Numbered from the stretch's first letter, positions 1 through 9,961 are shown. The stretch: 64,000 nt of DNA from a virus (IMGVR_UViG_3300030329_000083:1-64000), one strand, 5' to 3'. The notes: a model not told the origin generated them from the sequence alone. Program-made: numbers and translations.

Positions 1-1584
1 ATAGAAGGAACAGGTAAAACACAAAACACAGTGACCTTTCATCCTGCACTAGTTGCTGCAAAAAAGATGGAAAAGAAGATACACGATCAACTAGAAGAGT
101 CTGGTGCTAATAAACAACTTAGAAGTACAGCTTTTGAAATGTCTTTGTTTGGTACAGGTATTATGAAAGGTCCGTTTGCTATTGACAAAGAGTATCCAAA
201 CTGGAATGACGATGGTGAGTATGATCCTTTAATTAAAACTGTGCCATCTACTAATCATGTTTCTATATGGGACTTCTACCCTGATCCTGACTCACAAAAC
301 ATGGACGAGGTTGAGTTTGTTGTAGAGAGACACAAAATGTCTCGTATGCAAATGAGAGCATTAAAGATGCGTCCTTTCTTCAGATCTGAGTCGGTAGATA
401 GAGCTATAGAACTCGGTCCTGCCTACGAGAAAAAGTACTGGGAAGATGACATGATAGACTACACTACTCAGCAATACATTGATAGATATGAAGTGCTTGA
501 GTTTTGGGGATACGTAGGTAGTTCTACCCTTGAGGAAAATGGTTTAGACATACCTGCTGATTTAAAAGATATGGAGCAACTTAATGTCAATATATGGGTA
601 TGTAATGGAGAAGTATTACGTTTGGTACTCAATCCGTTTAAACCAGTTCGTATACCTTACTATGCCGTACCATATGAGCTTAATCCCTACAGTTTCTTTG
701 GTGTGGGAATTGCTGAGAATATGGACGATACACAGACTTTAATGAATGGTTTTATGCGTATGGCTATTGATAACGCAGCCCTTAGTGGTAACTTAATTAT
801 TGAGGTTGATGAAACTAATCTAGTTCCAGGACAGGATCTATCAGTATATCCAGGAAAGATATTCCGTAGACAAGGTGGCGCACCAGGACAAGCTATATTT
901 GGCACAAAGTTTCCAAACGTAGCAGGAGAGAATATGCAACTGTTTGACAAAGCTAGAGTGCTTGCAGACGAAAGTACAGGCTTTCCAAGTTTTGCTCACG
1001 GACAGACAGGTATACAGGGTGTAGGTAGAACTGCATCAGGTATATCAATGTTAATGTCAGCAGCTAATGGTTCTATCAGAAACGTAGTTAAGAATGTTGA
1101 TGATTATCTGTTAGCACCACTAGGTAAGGCTTTCTTTAGCTTTAATATGCAGTTTGACTATGATAATAGTATTAAAGGTGATTTAGAGGTTAAAGCACAG
1201 GGTACAGAAAGTCTAATGGCTAACGAAGTGCGTAGCCAAAGACTAATGCAGTTCTTACAAGTTGCGTCTAATCCTGCACTAGCACCTTTTGCTAAGATGG
1301 ATTACATCATTAGAGAGATAGCTAAGAGTATGGACTTAGACCCTGACAAAGTAACTAACAGCTTACAGGACGCAGCTATACAAGCTGAGATACTAAAACA
1401 GTTTCAACAACCTGCTCCTCCTCCAGTTCCTCCTGAAGGTATGCCTACTGAGGGTCAACCACAGCCTGAAGCTCCTCCACCTGCAGGAGCTAATGTGCAA
1501 GATACATCAGGTGGTGGCGGTAGTCAAATAGGTGTAGGCACAGCACCGTTACCACAAGAAGAAGGTTTCTCAGGTAATGCCTAA
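1..1584 (+). CDS. Portal protein, copy A (5'-truncated by window edge)
   Basis: Frame open from base 1 (IEGTGKTQNTVTFHPAL) and collinear with the C-terminal part of the full-length 704-aa ORF at 53339, which follows the terminase; position before scaffold/capsid. Confidence 0.85.
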   Translation: MEGTGKTQNTVTFHPALVAAKKMEKKIHDQLEESGANKQLRSTAFEMSLFGTGIMKGPFAIDKEYPNWNDDGEYDPLIKTVPSTNHVSIWDFYPDPDSQNMDEVEFVVERHKMSRMQMRALKMRPFFRSESVDRAIELGPAYEKKYWEDDMIDYTTQQYIDRYEVLEFWGYVGSSTLEENGLDIPADLKDMEQLNVNIWVCNGEVLRLVLNPFKPVRIPYYAVPYELNPYSFFGVGIAENMDDTQTLMNGFMRMAIDNAALSGNLIIEVDETNLVPGQDLSVYPGKIFRRQGGAPGQAIFGTKFPNVAGENMQLFDKARVLADESTGFPSFAHGQTGIQGVGRTASGISMLMSAANGSIRNVVKNVDDYLLAPLGKAFFSFNMQFDYDNSIKGDLEVKAQGTESLMANEVRSQRLMQFLQVASNPALAPFAKMDYIIREIAKSMDLDPDKVTNSLQDAAIQAEILKQFQQPAPPPVPPEGMPTEGQPQPEAPPPAGANVQDTSGGGGSQIGVGTAPLPQEEGFSGNA

Positions 1585-1774
1585 TTTAAAACCCTTAGTT
1601 AATAATAACGAACTCTATGATAATTTTTTAGAAGAGTTGGATCTTCAAATAAGAGTTTACACTAGAGGTTTAGAACAAGCAAATACTTTAGTAGATGTGC
1701 ATAGGCTTCAAGGCAGTATATATGCTTTGCGAAAACTAGAAAAATTAAAGGAACAAGTTAATGGCTCAAAATAA
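1577..1774 (+). CDS. Small conserved head-module protein, copy A
   Basis: 65 aa overlapping the portal stop; 'VDVHRLQGSI.ALR' conserved in copy B (55443-55661). Confidence 0.75.
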   Translation: MPNLKPLVNNNELYDNFLEELDLQIRVYTRGLEQANTLVDVHRLQGSIYALRKLEKLKEQVNGSK

Positions 1775-4637
1775 TACAGCAGAACAAATGGAGATGGCTT
1801 TCATGCAAGAAGGCGGCTTGAAAGATGATGGAGCTGTTACCGATCCTGTAAGTGGCAATGAAGTCCCTAGTGGTAGTATGGATCAAGAAGTAAGAGATGA
1901 TGTCCCTGCTATGTTGAGCGAAGGTGAATACGTTGTACCTGCTGATGTCGTTAGGTTTCACGGAGTTAAACTGTTTGAAGACTTACGCATACAAGCTAAA
2001 ATGGGTATGGCTAAGATGGAAGCTGAAGGACGCATAGGTGGTGAGCCTATAGATGGTGAAGACATGGAGGATGACGATGAGTTACCTTTTGATGTAACAG
2101 AGTTGCGTGTAATAGAAACACCTGTTAGAGAGATGGCTGAAGGTGGAGATGTAGGTGAGGTTGGACCTACGTTTACATATAATCCTAACACACGATACAT
2201 GGAAAGACAAAGAACCACCTCTGGTTTTGAGATGAGAGTTTATGTTGATCCTGCCACAGGTAGACAGATAACTATACCTTTCTTTAATGGGCAACCTATG
2301 TCAACAATACCTCAAGGTTTTGTACTAGCTTCAGATCAAGCTGCAGCACAGAAAACTTTATCTGAACAAGAGATGCAACAGATGCAACAAGATCCTGCAT
2401 CAAAAAGATTCTTCTTACCACCTGACCCTAAAGAAGTTAAGCGAGGCTTTGATGCTTTTACTGCAGAGGATTGGAATAACTACGTAAAACAAGCTGATGG
2501 TCAACTTGCAGCATTTACAGCTAACATACCTATCTTAGGGACGCTACAAAGACTTAGTGAGTCTTCAGCAAAAGCATATGCTGAAAGAGCATTAAAGACA
2601 GGTGTGCATCCTGCTACAAATAAAGCTTTAACTCCACAAGAGGTAACTGCACTAAAAAGTGTTTTAAATAGTTCTATCACAGAAAGAAAGAGTATACTAG
2701 AATCTATAGGTGATTTGTTCAAAGGTGAGCCAGATCAGAACATGTCTCCTAGACCTGACTTTAAACCTATAACGGCTGCACAAATGCCACAAGCAAATAT
2801 AATGACTGAAGAAAGTCCTACTATGAGTGCTATAATGGCAGGATTCAATAAAGACAAAAGTGGTGATACTGTTGGACAACAGTTTGCTAGTAGAGCAGAT
2901 GTGGTAAGCGATGTTACTCCTTTGGCTGCAGGACCAGTTAATATTACTGATCCTACTTTAAGTATTCTTTTAGACGAAGCTAGTGTTTCTAGTTTAGACG
3001 ATATAAAAAATAGTGGTAGCATAGCACGTAGGGAGGCTTTTGATGGAGATTCTGCTCTTAGAACAAATGCAGAAGGTGAAACTATTTTTAAAGCTTATAA
3101 AGACTCAGAGGGTTATTGGACTGTTGGTCCTGGAATATTATTGGGGACAGTAGACAAAAAGGGTAATCAGACAGTATCTGAAGAGGCTATACAAAAAGAT
3201 TACACTGAAGAATTTGTTAAAGATGAATTTGTAAAAAGTTTAAATGAGGCTACAAATTACATTGACAATAAATATAATGCTGATCTTATGCCACCTTTAG
3301 CAAGAGCTACATTGATAAATATGCGTTTTCAATTGGGTAATAGATTTGAAACTTTTACTCAATTAGATAGAGCAATCAAAGAAGGAAACTTTACGGAAGC
3401 TGCAAAACAAGTCTTAGGTAATTATAAAGTAGGAGATAAATTTGCTTTTTCTACTGATTCAGGTGCAGAATCAATAGGTCCAACTTTATATGCAACACAG
3501 ACTACAAATAGAGCTAGAAGACATGCAACTAGATTTGATCTTGTAGCTTCACAGTACGGTAAATTAACACCTGCTACACCACCAAGACCTGATAGATTTG
3601 GAGCAGACGTACCTGCACCACCAAGCTTTATACAAGGAATGGATGCAGTTCCAGAAGGAGGTGCAGCTATACCTTACACAACTGACGCAGCAGGTTTTGC
3701 AGGAGACATACCTCCACCTGTAGCATCACCTGTAGCACCTGTAAGTGGAGGTAGTATACCCACAATGGAATACATAGAGTCCATGTTAAGCGGAGCTAAT
3801 ATAGATACAAGCATTGCTCCTAATGTTAGAGACTTAATCCGTAGACAACGTGGAGTTCCACCTATAGCTACTGAAGGCGGTTTTCCACCAGAGGTTAATA
3901 TACAAGCTCCATCTATTCAAACTGCACCTCAGTTAGGTCAAACATCAAAACCTATTCAAACTGCACCTCAGTTAGGTCAAGCACAAACAGATATAACAAC
4001 TAGTACAAAAGCACCTAAGTTACCAAAAGAACCAAAAATATCTGACTCTCAGTTTAAGTTAGGTCAGGTTTCGCCACCATCTATGTCTTTGGAAGTTCCA
4101 CAACTAGAATTACCAAAATTTGAGTCTCTTCCTAGTGTTGATAAAACAGCTCCAAAATCTATAGAAGATTTTGAGCCATTGGGAGAATCAAAATTACCTC
4201 GTGGTTTTGGACCTACCACTAGAAGAGTATTAGGATCACAAGGCGGTGCTAAACCTGTTGAAAAAGATAAGACTGTATCTGAAACAAAAAAAGATCAAAG
4301 CATAAATAAAAATCCTGAGAATACATCTTTTACATCTGCAGCGTCTAATGATGACATAATACAAAAGACAGCTAGAAAGAGTGATATAGGAGATACTAAT
4401 GTACAAATTAGGTTGGCTAAAATACTCTACGCTAAAAATCAAGCTAAAAACGCAGGAGTAGATATAACATTTAAAGATAGTGACTTTGATAAACAAGGTT
4501 TCTTTAAACCTAAGAGTAAAGAGTTACAAAAGTATAAAGCTAAAGGATTATCAAGTACAGGGTTTGACCCTTTAGCAAATAAAAAAGCTACTGGAGGCTT
4601 AATAGACAGGAGAGCAAAAAAGAAGAAGAAAACCTAA
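1761..4637 (+). CDS. Large internal virion protein with T4-type (GH24) lysozyme domain, copy A
   Basis: N-terminal DPVSGNEVP..DDVPAMLSEGEYVVPADVV domain; YKDSEGYWTVGPG, ATLINMRFQLG and LYATQTTNRARR resemble T4 lysozyme YKDTEGYYTIGIG, ALINMVFQMG, WYNQTPNRAKR. Confidence 0.75.
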   Translation: MAQNNTAEQMEMAFMQEGGLKDDGAVTDPVSGNEVPSGSMDQEVRDDVPAMLSEGEYVVPADVVRFHGVKLFEDLRIQAKMGMAKMEAEGRIGGEPIDGEDMEDDDELPFDVTELRVIETPVREMAEGGDVGEVGPTFTYNPNTRYMERQRTTSGFEMRVYVDPATGRQITIPFFNGQPMSTIPQGFVLASDQAAAQKTLSEQEMQQMQQDPASKRFFLPPDPKEVKRGFDAFTAEDWNNYVKQADGQLAAFTANIPILGTLQRLSESSAKAYAERALKTGVHPATNKALTPQEVTALKSVLNSSITERKSILESIGDLFKGEPDQNMSPRPDFKPITAAQMPQANIMTEESPTMSAIMAGFNKDKSGDTVGQQFASRADVVSDVTPLAAGPVNITDPTLSILLDEASVSSLDDIKNSGSIARREAFDGDSALRTNAEGETIFKAYKDSEGYWTVGPGILLGTVDKKGNQTVSEEAIQKDYTEEFVKDEFVKSLNEATNYIDNKYNADLMPPLARATLINMRFQLGNRFETFTQLDRAIKEGNFTEAAKQVLGNYKVGDKFAFSTDSGAESIGPTLYATQTTNRARRHATRFDLVASQYGKLTPATPPRPDRFGADVPAPPSFIQGMDAVPEGGAAIPYTTDAAGFAGDIPPPVASPVAPVSGGSIPTMEYIESMLSGANIDTSIAPNVRDLIRRQRGVPPIATEGGFPPEVNIQAPSIQTAPQLGQTSKPIQTAPQLGQAQTDITTSTKAPKLPKEPKISDSQFKLGQVSPPSMSLEVPQLELPKFESLPSVDKTAPKSIEDFEPLGESKLPRGFGPTTRRVLGSQGGAKPVEKDKTVSETKKDQSINKNPENTSFTSAASNDDIIQKTARKSDIGDTNVQIRLAKILYAKNQAKNAGVDITFKDSDFDKQGFFKPKSKELQKYKAKGLSSTGFDPLANKKATGGLIDRRAKKKKKT

Positions 4638-4638
4638 A

Positions 4639-4688
4639 GTAGTAGTGAGTACTACCTTATGGCTACTTGACCACTGCGGTCAACCCCA
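4639..4688 (+). promoter_or_regulatory. Two-hairpin leader upstream of the scaffold RBS
   Basis: gtagta/tactac and tgg-ctac-ttgacc/ggtcaa-cc-cca stems; 67 bp (4635-4701) identical to 61057-61123. Confidence 0.6.
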
Positions 4689-4706
4689 ACAAAAGGAGTA
4701 AATAAT

Positions 4707-5615
4707 ATGCCAGAATTAGCAGAAGTAGAACCAGTAAAGAAAGCAGGATTTGTTAGTCCACGCAAAACTAATCAAGAACAGCGTATCGAAAAGGACGAAA
4801 AAGAACTTCAAGAACTTATTGCTAAAGCAAAAGGAGAGAAATCTCAAGAAGGAACTGAAGAACAGCAAAATACAGAATCTGCTCAAACGAGTAAAAAAGA
4901 TGAAGTACAAGAAGAGGCTCTTGGTAAAGAAGAGCAATCTTTTAAAAAGAGATATGGTGACTTACGTAGACATCTATCATCTAAAGAGAAAGAGTGGCAA
5001 TCTCGAATAGAAGCGTTGGAAGGTCAACTAAATAAAGCAGCTAAAAATGAATTAGTGTTGCCAAAGTCTGACGAGGAGATTGATGCTTGGGCTAAACAGT
5101 ATCCTGATGTTGCAGGAATTGTTGAAACCATAGCTGATAAAAAAGCTAAAGAAAGATCTATAGAGTTAGATGAAAGAGTAAAACAAATTGAAGAGATGCG
5201 TTTTACTGCTACTAAAGAAAAGGCTGAAGCAGAGTTAATGAGGCTTCATCCTGACTTTGCTGAAATAAGAGAGTCAGATGACTTTCACGACTGGGCTGAG
5301 TCTCAACCTAAAGTTATACAAGATGCTCTATACGAAAATGCAGATGATGCCAAATCAACGGCTGCTGTCATTGACTTGTATAAACATCACAAAGGAATAA
5401 GTAAACCTAAGAAGACTTCAAGTGATAAAAATGCAGCTACTGCTGTTAATGTTCGCTCTAAGACTTCTCCTGTTTCTGACGATACTAAGAACCAGTGGTC
5501 TGAATCACAAGTTGAGAAGATGACTGATAAAGAGTACGCAAAAAATTCTGAGGCTATAATGGAATCAATTAGAGCAGGAAAGTTTATTTACGATATTAGT
5601 GGTGCTGCACGATAA
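4707..5615 (+). CDS. Capsid scaffolding protein, copy A
   Basis: Acidic, coiled-coil-like 302 aa immediately upstream of the major capsid gene; FKKRYGDLRRH motif; AGGAG RBS. Confidence 0.7.
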   Translation: MPELAEVEPVKKAGFVSPRKTNQEQRIEKDEKELQELIAKAKGEKSQEGTEEQQNTESAQTSKKDEVQEEALGKEEQSFKKRYGDLRRHLSSKEKEWQSRIEALEGQLNKAAKNELVLPKSDEEIDAWAKQYPDVAGIVETIADKKAKERSIELDERVKQIEEMRFTATKEKAEAELMRLHPDFAEIRESDDFHDWAESQPKVIQDALYENADDAKSTAAVIDLYKHHKGISKPKKTSSDKNAATAVNVRSKTSPVSDDTKNQWSESQVEKMTDKEYAKNSEAIMESIRAGKFIYDISGAAR

Positions 5616-5622
5616 AAAAGTG

Positions 5623-5650
5623 TTGACATTGTGTAGTTTATCACTATAAC
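5623..5650 (+). promoter_or_regulatory. sigma70-type promoter for the capsid operon
   Basis: TTGACA-16-TATAAC; conserved in copy B (62009-62036). Confidence 0.7.
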
Positions 5651-5654
5651 TAAT

Positions 5655-5820
5655 AGCATACACCTAATGATGGGTGTGTGCTTTTCAAGCAAACAATACC
5701 CTAAAGCTTACCAAAGTTGTATAAGCCTAGAGGACAGAGCGTAGCGCAACGCTTCAAACTTTACACCTTATTAATACTTTGCCCTTACTGAGTATGTTTA
5801 GCTTATAATCATAAGCCTAA
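5655..5820 (+). ncRNA. Structured cis-regulatory RNA in the major capsid 5' leader (putative)
   Basis: Three stems with compensatory changes relative to copy B (62041-62206). Confidence 0.65.
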
Positions 5821-5842
5821 CTTATTTATAAGGAGGACTATC

Positions 5843-6916
5843 ATGGCTTTTAAAACTGCAGCAGGTTACGGCAATTTACCTAATGGTAATTTCTCGCCAG
5901 TAATCTATTCTAAGCAGGTTCAATTAGCCTTCCGTAAAAATACTGTAGTCGGTTCGATTACCAATAGTGATTACTTTGGTGAGATTTCCGCTATGGGTGA
6001 TACAGTAAGGATCATAAAAGAACCTGAAATCACCGTTAAAGAGTATGCTCGTGGAGCGCAAATCACTCCGCAAGATCTCGATGACGAGGACTTCACACTA
6101 GTTGTGGACAAAGCAAACTACTTTGCTTTTAAAATGGACGATATTGAAGAAGCACATTCTCATGTGAACTTTTCACAGTTAGCTTCTGATCGTGCCGCAT
6201 ATCGGTTAGCCGATCAATATGACCAAGAAGTTCTTGGATACCTCTCAGGCTTTAAGCAATCAAGCATAAGCTCTCTAGCAGGTACAGCAAACGACACTGT
6301 TTCAGGGTCAAAGGCTGTGTCTACTGCAGGGTCTGACGAATTGCTAACAAGCATGAAGTTGAGAAAAGACTCTTTTGGTAACATCACCACATCAAGTGCA
6401 GGTGATCATTCTATCCCACTTGCTCCACGTATGGGCGGTGCAACATCGCAAGCTACTGCGACTGCTACACCATTGCAAGTTATTGCTAGAATGGGCAGAC
6501 TACTTGATACACAGTTTGTGGATACACAAGGTAGATGGTTGGTACTACACCCAACATTCGTTGAAATTCTGAAGGACGAAGACTCTCGTCTTCTAAATGC
6601 AGACTTTGGCGAATCAGGTGGACTACGAACAGGTCTAACTATTGGCAGAATACACGGATTTGATGTGTACATGTCTAATAATCTACCATCTGTAGGTACT
6701 GGTCCAGGAACTTCAGGTTCAGCAAACCAGAACTCAAACTTTGGTGTTATCGTAGCAGGTCATAGTTCAGCAGTTGCGACTGCAGAGCAGATCAACAAAA
6801 CTGAGTCATATCGTGACCCTGACAGCTTTGCTGACATTGTTCGTGGTATGCATTTGTACGGCAGAAAGATTCTCAGACCAGAGGCTCTTGTAACTGCTAA
6901 ATATAACGTAGCGTAG
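5843..6916 (+). CDS. Major capsid protein, copy A
   Basis: 357 aa; NFSPVIYSKQV, GDTVRI, IHGFDVYMSNNLP, RDPDSFADIVRGMHLYGRKILRPEAL typical of HK97-fold (P22/N4 gp56-like) coats; strong AGGAGG RBS. Confidence 0.9.
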   Translation: MAFKTAAGYGNLPNGNFSPVIYSKQVQLAFRKNTVVGSITNSDYFGEISAMGDTVRIIKEPEITVKEYARGAQITPQDLDDEDFTLVVDKANYFAFKMDDIEEAHSHVNFSQLASDRAAYRLADQYDQEVLGYLSGFKQSSISSLAGTANDTVSGSKAVSTAGSDELLTSMKLRKDSFGNITTSSAGDHSIPLAPRMGGATSQATATATPLQVIARMGRLLDTQFVDTQGRWLVLHPTFVEILKDEDSRLLNADFGESGGLRTGLTIGRIHGFDVYMSNNLPSVGTGPGTSGSANQNSNFGVIVAGHSSAVATAEQINKTESYRDPDSFADIVRGMHLYGRKILRPEALVTAKYNVA

Positions 6917-6929
6917 GGAGGGATAAACA

Positions 6930-7460
6930 ATGGCAACTTATGATATGACATCTTCCAGTACTGTTGGTGTTTCTTCTAACTCTATAGCGGCTTTACCTAG
7001 TGAAACAGGTATGGGCGCAATGCGAATGGTTCAAGCTTATTTGGACATTGACGCTTTGGTAGCCGCAGGTTACTCTGGTGCAGACGGTGACGTTTTTCAA
7101 CTACTTGAAATCCCTGCAGGATGCTTAGTGCTATTTGCAGGTGCTGAAGTAGAGAAAGCATTTACTTCTAGCTGTACCTTAGACATGGACTTTGGCGGTG
7201 GTGATGACATCATTGATGGTGCTGACATTACCTCAACTGGGTTCTGTGCTGAAGGTACAAACGGACAGTCAAATGACGTTACTACTGGTGCAGCCTCAAC
7301 ATTTACACAATTTGTATCTACTACTGATACTATTGATTGTACGATTGCAGGTGCTGCTCCTGCTACAGGAAGATTACGAGTGTACGCTTGTTTAATCGAC
7401 TGTAACGATGTAGGTTCAGCAGACAGGGCTACTGACGTAGACCGTGACCAATTAGCTTAA
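6930..7460 (+). CDS. Putative capsid decoration/cement protein, copy A
   Basis: 176 aa directly after the MCP and before a terminator; highly conserved in copy B. Confidence 0.55.
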   Translation: MATYDMTSSSTVGVSSNSIAALPSETGMGAMRMVQAYLDIDALVAAGYSGADGDVFQLLEIPAGCLVLFAGAEVEKAFTSSCTLDMDFGGGDDIIDGADITSTGFCAEGTNGQSNDVTTGAASTFTQFVSTTDTIDCTIAGAAPATGRLRVYACLIDCNDVGSADRATDVDRDQLA

Positions 7461-7470
7461 TTTAACAACT

Positions 7471-7497
7471 GGGAGGGCATTAAGTTGCCCTCCTTTT
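7471..7497 (+). terminator. Rho-independent terminator after capsid genes
   Basis: ggagggca-ttaagt-tgccctcc followed by TTTT; conserved at 63846-63873. Confidence 0.8.
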
Positions 7498-7512
7498 ACT
7501 ATAAGAGATAAT

Positions 7513-8448
7513 ATGTCAGGTACTTTTTTAAGTTTAACAAATACTGTATTAGCAAGATTAAATGAGGTGCAACTAACTGCATCTAATTTTACTTCTGCTA
7601 GAGGAATACAAATACAAGCTCAAAACGCAGTTAATGAAACAATTAGATATATTAATCAAAGAGAATTTAATTATCCATTCAATCATGCAACAGAAACTAA
7701 AACTCTTACAGCAGGAGTTGTAAGATACAGCGTACCGACTAGCACAAAATCTATAGACTATAATACATTTAGATTAGTAAAAGATAATGATTTAGGTACA
7801 AGTGGTGGTAGACTTGGCATCTTAAATTATAATGATTATGTAAATAGTTATATAACACAAGAAGATGAGATTAATTCTACCACTGCTGCAGAGGCAATAG
7901 ACTCATCAGAAACAGAAATAGACTTAACTAGTGCTACAGGATTTGATAGTGCAGGAACAATACACGTAGGTAATGAACAGATTACTTACACAGGTATTAG
8001 CACTAATACACTTACAGGTTGCACAAGAGGTGCGTTTTCTACCACTGCAGCATCACACGATAATGGATCTACAGTAACACAATTCACAGGTGGTGGTATA
8101 CCTAGATTTATAGTTAGAACTGCTGATAATAACTATTTACTATTTCCTTTTCCTAATAAACAATACTCTGTAAAGTTTGATTACTACACATTCCCTACAG
8201 ACTTATCTGCACAAGATGATACAACTTCTATCCCTGCTAGATTTGATCCTGTTATAGTAGATGGTGCAACTGCATTTGTTTATCAGTATAGAGGAGAAAC
8301 ACAACAATATCAACTTAACTTTGCTAGATTTGAACAAGGTATTAAGAATATGCAAACATTACTTGTAAATAAGTTTGACTATGTTAGGTCTACTTACATA
8401 GCTAGAACTCAAAATAACTTTTTAGAAATAACACCAAGGGTAAATTAA
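7513..8448 (+). CDS. Head-tail adaptor / tail tubular A-like protein
   Basis: N-terminal FLSLTNTVLARLNE and position after the capsid genes; contains an inserted 'EQITYTG..TLTGCTRG' structural domain. Confidence 0.6.
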   Translation: MSGTFLSLTNTVLARLNEVQLTASNFTSARGIQIQAQNAVNETIRYINQREFNYPFNHATETKTLTAGVVRYSVPTSTKSIDYNTFRLVKDNDLGTSGGRLGILNYNDYVNSYITQEDEINSTTAAEAIDSSETEIDLTSATGFDSAGTIHVGNEQITYTGISTNTLTGCTRGAFSTTAASHDNGSTVTQFTGGGIPRFIVRTADNNYLLFPFPNKQYSVKFDYYTFPTDLSAQDDTTSIPARFDPVIVDGATAFVYQYRGETQQYQLNFARFEQGIKNMQTLLVNKFDYVRSTYIARTQNNFLEITPRVN

Positions 8449-8449
8449 T

Positions 8450-9961
8450 ATGCCTGACGCTTCTCAAGTACAACCAGTAGCATTTAATTGTAGAGGAGGT
8501 TTAGTATTAAATCGTTCCACTTTTCTTATGGAGGCAGGAGAAGCACTAGAACTAGTAAACTTTGAGCCTGATATTGAAGGTGGTTACAGAAGAATAAATG
8601 GGTTTGTTAAGTATAACACAAATGTAGTCCCACAAACAAGTGCGTCAACAGAAGAAGTATTACTATCCTGCATATTTAATGGCACTATAATTGCAGCTAG
8701 AGGAGAGAAAATATTTTCTGCAGCAGCAGGAAGCGGCTCTTGGACGGAACGAGACACAGGTAGAACAAGTGCAGGTGTATATACCTTTGAGAGATTTAAC
8801 TTTGATGGTAACAACAAACTAATAGTAGCAGACGGAGCAAATGCACCTACAGTGTTTAATACATCATTCGCTGCTACAGACGTAAGCGAAAGCTCTGTAT
8901 CTGGCTCTAAATTTTTAGCTGCATTTAAAAATCATATGTTTTATGCAGGTAAATCTTCTACACCACAGACTGTAGTATTTAGTCAGCCTAACGATGAAGA
9001 TGCTTTTAATACTGGTAGTGGTGCAGGTAGCATAAAAGTTGACGATACTATAACAGGTCTTAAAGTATTCCGTGATAATTTATTTATATTTTGTCAAGAT
9101 AGGATATTTAAATTATCAGGTTCTACTTCAAGCGACTTTGCTATAACACCAGTTACTAGAAACATTGGTTGTGTTAATGGACAAACAATACAAGAATTTG
9201 CAGGTGACTTAATATTCTTAGCACCTGATGGATTAAGAACTGTTGCAGGTACTGCTAGAATTGGTGACGTTGAATTAGGTACAATAAGTACACCAGTACA
9301 ATCTTTATTTAATGATAATATAGCTAACGCAAGTGGTTTTAGGTCAATAGTTATACCTAATAAAACACAATACAGAGTGTTTTTTACAAAATCAGGCGTA
9401 GCACAAACTGTAACAGAAGGAGTTATAACTTCTCTTAGGGGAGATAGTTTTGAGTTTGCTAACTTAAAAGGTATAAGACCTACATCTACAGACACAGTTA
9501 CAAGTGCAACAGAAACTATTATCATACATGGTGGAGAAGGTGGTTATGTATATAGACAAGAGTCAGGTAACGACTTTGATGGCACTGCAATAAATGGTAA
9601 ATATAGAAGTCCAGATTTAACATTTAATGATGCAGGTATACGTAAACACATGCAAAGGGTTTTAGTTAGTTTTAAACCTGAATCATCTATAGACGCAGAT
9701 TTGTTTTTAAGGTATGACTTTGAAGATCCAGATGCACCAAGACCTGCAGCTTACTCTCTTGATGCTGCTGACATTGTGGCGATATATGGAACAGGCACGT
9801 ATGGTACAGCTACTTATGGAGGACAAGCAGAGCCATTGTTAAGACAATCAGTAGAAGGTTCTGGATTTACAGTAGCATTACGAGTAGAAGATGGTGGAGT
9901 AACAGCACCATACTCACTAAAAGGATTTCAGTTAGAATATCAACTAGGAGCTAGAAGATAA
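8450..9961 (+). CDS. Tail nozzle / tubular B-like beta-propeller protein
   Basis: 503 aa, beta-rich, ITGLKVFRDNLFIF and NIGC motifs typical of podovirus DNA-stabilisation/nozzle proteins. Confidence 0.6.
   Translation: MPDASQVQPVAFNCRGGLVLNRSTFLMEAGEALELVNFEPDIEGGYRRINGFVKYNTNVVPQTSASTEEVLLSCIFNGTIIAARGEKIFSAAAGSGSWTERDTGRTSAGVYTFERFNFDGNNKLIVADGANAPTVFNTSFAATDVSESSVSGSKFLAAFKNHMFYAGKSSTPQTVVFSQPNDEDAFNTGSGAGSIKVDDTITGLKVFRDNLFIFCQDRIFKLSGSTSSDFAITPVTRNIGCVNGQTIQEFAGDLIFLAPDGLRTVAGTARIGDVELGTISTPVQSLFNDNIANASGFRSIVIPNKTQYRVFFTKSGVAQTVTEGVITSLRGDSFEFANLKGIRPTSTDTVTSATETIIIHGGEGGYVYRQESGNDFDGTAINGKYRSPDLTFNDAGIRKHMQRVLVSFKPESSIDADLFLRYDFEDPDAPRPAAYSLDAADIVAIYGTGTYGTATYGGQAEPLLRQSVEGSGFTVALRVEDGGVTAPYSLKGFQLEYQLGARR

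Noticed and set aside
3912-3980. 39-bp-period repeat (IQTAPQLGQ x2) as a functional element
   Set aside because: Simple duplication in a low-complexity linker, unrelated in sequence to the 39-bp repeat in copy B
5655-5685. First capsid-leader hairpin as a plain terminator
   Set aside because: It has a short U-tract but starts about at +1 of the capsid promoter, so a 5' stabiliser or attenuator fits better; not fully excluded
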